This document shows, piece after piece, positions 27,911-32,000 of a stretch of DNA of 32,000 bases. The position numbers and the translations under genes are program-made. Origin of the DNA: an uncultured Methanosarcinales archaeon (GTDB lineage Archaea; Nanobdellota; Nanobdellia; Woesearchaeales; JANQNQ01); contig CAZJZJ010000002.1 of assembly GCA_964550525.1 (NCBI GenBank), positions 15,618 through 47,617 on the forward strand, in the 5' to 3' direction. The notes under the pieces are model-generated. The model was given only the letters and a program-made list of their open reading frames with translations, ran no database searches and had not been told where the DNA came from. Numbering within the stretch: position 1 is the stretch's first letter; each line of letters starts with the position of its first letter.

Positions 27911-30091
27911 ATGATTGAAAGATGGGTATGCAAAAAATGTAATAAAAAATGGATCTATCCTGTTGAAAAATGTGTTTATTGTTTTGGTAAGATTGAGAGT
28001 GAAGTAGGTAATAAGATGAAGGTTGTAGGCTTTACTCATGTAAAGATCCCTTCACCTATGCATCCGTTTGTACCTTACAATGTCTTAGTTCTTGAAGATG
28101 AGAACGGCAATAGGATGCCTAAGAAAACAATGAACATGGATTACAAAATCGGGGACGAATTTAAATTCAACACAAGCACAGATCCGCACGCAGTTTCTAT
28201 AGTGAAAATAAAATATAACACAGATCTTGCAGTGAAACAAGCTATAGATTACATCGGCGGGCTAAAGGTTGATAAAGATACAAAGATTATGTTAATACCA
28301 AATATCTTGATGCCAGCAAACTATTATCTTGGTGTTACAACACATCCATTGGTTGTAGCAGCTGTAGTGAAATACCTTGTTGAACATGGCGCTTCTAAAG
28401 ATAATATTGTTGTTGCAGCAAGAGCATTGCCAGGGTTATCTACAGAAAAAGCATTCAAGAAATCAGGTGTAGCTATAACCTGTAAAAAATTAGGACTAAA
28501 GAGCAAACATGTAGAAAAGAGTTCAGGTAAATTTAAGTTTAATATCCCTGAAGAGCTTTTCAATCAAGACCTAATAGTAAATATCCCTGGGTTGAAAACA
28601 CATGCTCAGTTGCAAGTATCAGCTGCTCTAGAAAACATGAGCAGAGTGGTTGACGCAAAAACACTTTACATGATGTACGCAATCAATATCCATGAAGCGA
28701 TTGCACATCTTAACAAGATTGTACCAAAATATTTTACAGTTGCTGATGCTATCAAAGGTATGCATGGTAAAGGCCCTGGTCTTGACGGTGAGCCTGTTTT
28801 CTTTAATTGCGTTACAGCAAGCCACGACCCTGTAGCCCATGATAGAACCTATCAAGAGATGGCAATGTTAAAAGAGCCAGATTACATAAAGATTGCTGCT
28901 AAAGAAGGTGTAGGTGAACGCGACCTAGAAAAAATACCTGATTGCTGCGATGAATTAATGGCATGCAAGATGGAAGTTAAACGTCCTGAAGGTAGCCTAA
29001 GCAACCATCCAACTGTAGAGATTATTGACGGTTTATCCTGTCCAATGGAGGTTGGTATGGTTCAAATGGTTTTAGCAAGATTATTTAAGCATCGAGCTAA
29101 AAAAATCACTGTAGCTGTAGGCAAAGAGCTTACTAAAGAGATGTTTGAAGGTAAAGAGAATATAGTTGCAGTAGGTGATTTAGCTATAAACAAATTAAAA
29201 GAGCTTGGAATAAAAACCATAAAAGATATCCCAGGCAAACCGCCTCAACCTTTAGATGTTGGCGGTACTTTGAAAGAATTACTAGGTGCAGAAAGAAAAG
29301 TTTCTTCTGCGCAAAAAGCTTCTATAGAAGTTAAGCAAGGAGGGATTAAAATGGATCTAAAAGGAAAAGTCGCTTTAGTTACTGGTGCAAGCCAGGGTAT
29401 AGGTAAAGCTATTGCTTTAAAACTAGCTAGCAGAGGTGCTAACATTGTTGTTAATGATATTAAGTCTGCAATAAACAACGCAGTTGTAACTGTAGAAGAG
29501 ATCAAAAAGTTTGGTGTAGATGCAATCTCTGTCGGAGCCAATGTAGCAGATTACAAAGAAGTTGAAGCAATGTATGAAATTGTTAAAGAGAAATTCGGCA
29601 AGGTTGACATAATTGTTAATAATGCAGGAATAACTCGTGATAAAACTCTTAAGAAGATGGATAAGGATATGTGGGAATCAGTTATTGGTGTTAATCTTAC
29701 AGGAATTTATAATGTAAGTAAACTTGGGTTAGAGTTAATCCCTGAAGGAGGCAGAATCATCAGTATTTCTTCAATTGTAGGTCAGAGAGGTAACTTTGGC
29801 CAGACAAATTATTCAGCTTCAAAAGCAGGTATAATCGGATTTACAAGGTCTTTAGCTAAAGAGCTTGGCAAGAAAAAAATTACAGTGAACGCAATTGCTC
29901 CTGGTTTTGTCGAATCAAGAATGACTGCAATGATACCAGAAGAAATGCAAAAGATAATGAAGAGACTAATTGGTTTAGGAAGATTTGCGCAGCCAGAAGA
30001 AGTTGCTAATGTAGTTGCTTTCCTAGCTTCACCAGATGCAGCTTATGTATCCGGCTGCACAGTTAATGTAGATGGTGCAATGTCGCTTTAG
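27911..30091 (+). CDS. Three-part fusion: DUF35 (Zn-ribbon/OB) + DUF362-like + FabG-type 3-oxoacyl reductase
   Basis: WVCKKCNKKWIYPVEKCVYCFGKIE...(OB); DUF362-like LPGLSTEKAFKKSG...DLIVNIPGLKTHAQLQVSAALENMS; then MDLKGKVALVTGASQGIGKAIA...NNAGITRD...SISSIVGQRGNFGQTNYSASKAG...PGFVESRM. Confidence 0.88.
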   Translation: MIERWVCKKCNKKWIYPVEKCVYCFGKIESEVGNKMKVVGFTHVKIPSPMHPFVPYNVLVLEDENGNRMPKKTMNMDYKIGDEFKFNTSTDPHAVSIVKIKYNTDLAVKQAIDYIGGLKVDKDTKIMLIPNILMPANYYLGVTTHPLVVAAVVKYLVEHGASKDNIVVAARALPGLSTEKAFKKSGVAITCKKLGLKSKHVEKSSGKFKFNIPEELFNQDLIVNIPGLKTHAQLQVSAALENMSRVVDAKTLYMMYAINIHEAIAHLNKIVPKYFTVADAIKGMHGKGPGLDGEPVFFNCVTASHDPVAHDRTYQEMAMLKEPDYIKIAAKEGVGERDLEKIPDCCDELMACKMEVKRPEGSLSNHPTVEIIDGLSCPMEVGMVQMVLARLFKHRAKKITVAVGKELTKEMFEGKENIVAVGDLAINKLKELGIKTIKDIPGKPPQPLDVGGTLKELLGAERKVSSAQKASIEVKQGGIKMDLKGKVALVTGASQGIGKAIALKLASRGANIVVNDIKSAINNAVVTVEEIKKFGVDAISVGANVADYKEVEAMYEIVKEKFGKVDIIVNNAGITRDKTLKKMDKDMWESVIGVNLTGIYNVSKLGLELIPEGGRIISISSIVGQRGNFGQTNYSASKAGIIGFTRSLAKELGKKKITVNAIAPGFVESRMTAMIPEEMQKIMKRLIGLGRFAQPEEVANVVAFLASPDAAYVSGCTVNVDGAMSL

Positions 30092-30106
30092 GAATATTTA
30101 TCTGTA

Positions 30107-30241
30107 GTTTGCTTGTGACCGTCGAAGTCATTGGTTGCTTTGTTTGCGTAGTGTGTTTTTACGGAGCAAACAAGCAACGACGAGACGGAGCTTTGCTGAG
30201 CGTGTTTTGGCGAAGCAAAGCGTAGTAGGGCACAAGCAAAC
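30107..30241. repeat. Nested/multibranch inverted-repeat element, possibly structured RNA or MITE-like
   Basis: Outer arms GTTTGCTTGTG (30107-30117)/CACAAGCAAAC (30231-30241). These enclose CCGTC/GACGG, hairpin GTTGCTTTGTTTGC/GCAAACAAGCAAC, and hairpin GCTTTGC/GCAAAGC. Confidence 0.75.
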
Positions 30242-30255
30242 GATAAAAACAAAAA

Positions 30256-30462
30256 ATGCCAAAATCAATCATAGACAAGGAATATTGTAAAGGTTGCATG
30301 CTTTGTGTAGACGCATGCCCATTGAAGTTGATCAAAGTAAGCAATGAGATGAATAAGAAAGGAGTTAAAATAGCAGAATTCGATGACAAGGAAGGAAAAT
30401 GTACAGGATGCAAGATGTGCGCTACAATGTGCCCTGAAGCTTGTATTGAGATAGAAAAATGA
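30256..30462 (+). CDS. vorC: 2x[4Fe-4S] ferredoxin subunit (VorC/KorD-like) of a 2-oxoacid oxidoreductase
   Basis: CKGCMLCVDACP and CTGCKMCATMCPEAC; overlaps the next gene by 4 nt. Confidence 0.8.
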   Translation: MPKSIIDKEYCKGCMLCVDACPLKLIKVSNEMNKKGVKIAEFDDKEGKCTGCKMCATMCPEACIEIEK

Positions 30463-31514
30463 CAAAAAAAATCTTAATCAAAGGGAATGATGCAATCGGT
30501 GCAGCAGCTATAGCTGCGCAATGTGATGCGTATTTTGGTTATCCAATTACTCCTCAGAACGAACTTACTGCTTACATGTCTAAGTTTATGTTAGATGAGA
30601 AAAGAGTTTTTGTACAAGCAGAGGCAGAAGTATCAGCAATCAACATGGTATTCGGTGCAAGCGCAGCAGGTAAACGAGTAATGACTTCTTCATCTAGTCC
30701 TGGAATTAGTTTAAAACAAGAAGGTATTTCCTATATTGCAGGTGCAAGATTGCCTTGCGTTATAGTAAACATGCAAAGAGGAGGACCAGGCCTTGGCAAC
30801 ATAAGAGCTTCACAAAGCGATTATTTCCAAGCAACTAAAGGCGGTGGCCACGGAGATTATAAATTAATTGTACTAGCTCCTTCAACTGTCCAGGAATGTT
30901 ATGATTATACTATGATGGCTTTTGATTATTCAGATAAATACAGGGTTCCTGCAATGATACTTGGTGACGGTATTGTAGGCCAGATGATGGAACCTATAGA
31001 ACTTAAACCTTACAAAAAACCTAAACTTCCTGCAAAAGATTGGGCTGTTACTGGTAAAGAAGGTAGAAAAATGAATCTAGTTAGATCACTTTACCTGCAT
31101 CCAGCTCCTGCTTTGAAAGATCACAACATTGTTTTACAGGATACGTATAAAAAAATGAAACAAGAGATAACTCAGCACGAAGAGATTGAAACAGAAGATG
31201 CTGAACTTATTGTTGTATCCTGGGGCATCACTGCGCGTATAGCTAAATCTGCAATCAAACTTGCACGTAAAGATGGTATTAAAGTCGGCATGATTCGTCC
31301 AATCACATTATTCCCTTTCCCAGAGAAAGCAATATCAAAAATTGCTCAAAAAGACAGCACAAAACAATTTCTAGTCATGGAAATGAACTTCGGCCAAATG
31401 CTTGAAGATGTTAAGTTAGCAGTTAACGGCAAGAAACCAGTCAAGTTTTATGGCTGGGGCGGTGGATGGTATCCTACGCCAGAAGAATTGTATGAGGAGA
31501 TCAAGAGACAATGA
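30459..31514 (+). CDS. vorB: 2-oxoacid:ferredoxin oxidoreductase subunit, VorB/KorA type
   Basis: KGNDAIGAAAIAAQCDAYFGYPITPQNEL, QAEAEVSAINMVFGASAAGKRVMTSSSSPG, NMQRGGPGLGN, KGGGHGDYKLIVLAPSTVQE. The length of 351 aa fits VorB. Confidence 0.85.
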   Translation: MTKKILIKGNDAIGAAAIAAQCDAYFGYPITPQNELTAYMSKFMLDEKRVFVQAEAEVSAINMVFGASAAGKRVMTSSSSPGISLKQEGISYIAGARLPCVIVNMQRGGPGLGNIRASQSDYFQATKGGGHGDYKLIVLAPSTVQECYDYTMMAFDYSDKYRVPAMILGDGIVGQMMEPIELKPYKKPKLPAKDWAVTGKEGRKMNLVRSLYLHPAPALKDHNIVLQDTYKKMKQEITQHEEIETEDAELIVVSWGITARIAKSAIKLARKDGIKVGMIRPITLFPFPEKAISKIAQKDSTKQFLVMEMNFGQMLEDVKLAVNGKKPVKFYGWGGGWYPTPEELYEEIKRQ

Positions 31515-32000
31515 GCACAGAAGCACAACAAAAATACCAGGAAGCAAGAAAGAAGTTTTTGGAAGCAAGTGTTAGAGAGAGGGTTGATCTTCATCTAGAG
31601 GGTAAGGTGAAAGAAATAAACAAAACTAGGGAAATGGATATGAATAATCCTCCACTAAGTGTGACTACTTTAATGTATTGGCATGGGATCTTGGATGCTA
31701 TACTACAAGTATTTGTGCCTGATTTTTTAGAATATCGTTGTCTTGTAGACCTTGGAAGGATCTATTATAGGCAAGAAGATGTTATTTATCATGATCCTAC
31801 AGGAATAGATTATCAGGATGTAGCAGAGTTTGAACATAGGTATTCATCAGATTGTCCTGATGATATTAGTAATTTTTGTCGTTCACTTAACACTTGTATG
31901 AATCAACTACTTCTTTCTCAAGAAGACACAGAGATATTAAAACAACATTTTGGGTTTGATTTATTTGGCGGATTAGATTTTTCATTAGACCCTAAAAATG
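31511..32000 (+). CDS. Hypothetical protein, C-terminus beyond the window
   Basis: ATG at 31511 overlaps the vorB stop (ATGA). The frame MSTEAQQKYQEARKKFLEASVRERVDLHLEGKVKEINK... stays open to the window end. No family recognised. Confidence 0.6.
   Translation, partial: MSTEAQQKYQEARKKFLEASVRERVDLHLEGKVKEINKTREMDMNNPPLSVTTLMYWHGILDAILQVFVPDFLEYRCLVDLGRIYYRQEDVIYHDPTGIDYQDVAEFEHRYSSDCPDDISNFCRSLNTCMNQLLLSQEDTEILKQHFGFDLFGGLDFSLDPKN

Noticed and set aside
29341-29360. DUF362-like region and fabG as two separate genes
   Set aside because: There is no stop codon between them and no SD before the internal ATG at 29351, so a fusion is the simpler reading. The internal start remains possible.
30107-30241. 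Insertion sequence or transposon ends
   Set aside because: No transposase ORF and no clear target-site duplication. Kept only as a structured or MITE-like element.

Overview
Gene-dense, AT-rich archaeal chromosome segment. The archaeal assignment rests on a Hel308-like helicase tail, TFB, Orc1/Cdc6, a PIN-ATPase-KH protein, TATA boxes at expected positions and a Dph6 domain. The gene content looks DPANN-like, but phylum cannot be fixed from sequence alone. The left half is informational and nucleotide housekeeping (hel308, guaB, purA, tfb, cdc6, serS) plus many small unknown ORFs. The right half (17.7-31.5 kb) is dominated by acyl-CoA chemistry. It holds a complete split biotin-dependent acyl-CoA carboxylase (CT, BCCP, biotin carboxylase with a ~145-aa novel N-terminal extension, and BirA), a FabZ-like hotdog dehydratase, an archaeal-type thiolase, a 727-aa Zn-ribbon/OB (DUF35) + DUF362-like + FabG fusion, and a VorC/VorB-like 2-oxoacid:ferredoxin oxidoreductase pair. 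Together these suggest an ACP-independent acyl-chain (fatty-acid-like) synthesis island. Non-coding highlights are: (i) a type II tRNA-like gene whose T-loop is apparently split by a 29-nt BHB intron, with an odd GAC anticodon loop and a partial duplicate just upstream; (ii) tandem hairpin + TATA modules with compensatory changes at 8.19-8.43 kb; (iii) a three-copy 12-mer able to form two mutually exclusive perfect stems at 7.01-7.10 kb; (iv) a ~135-bp multibranch inverted-repeat element at 30.1-30.24 kb. No CRISPR array, transposase or rRNA was seen. All family calls are from motif recognition by eye and no database search was run.
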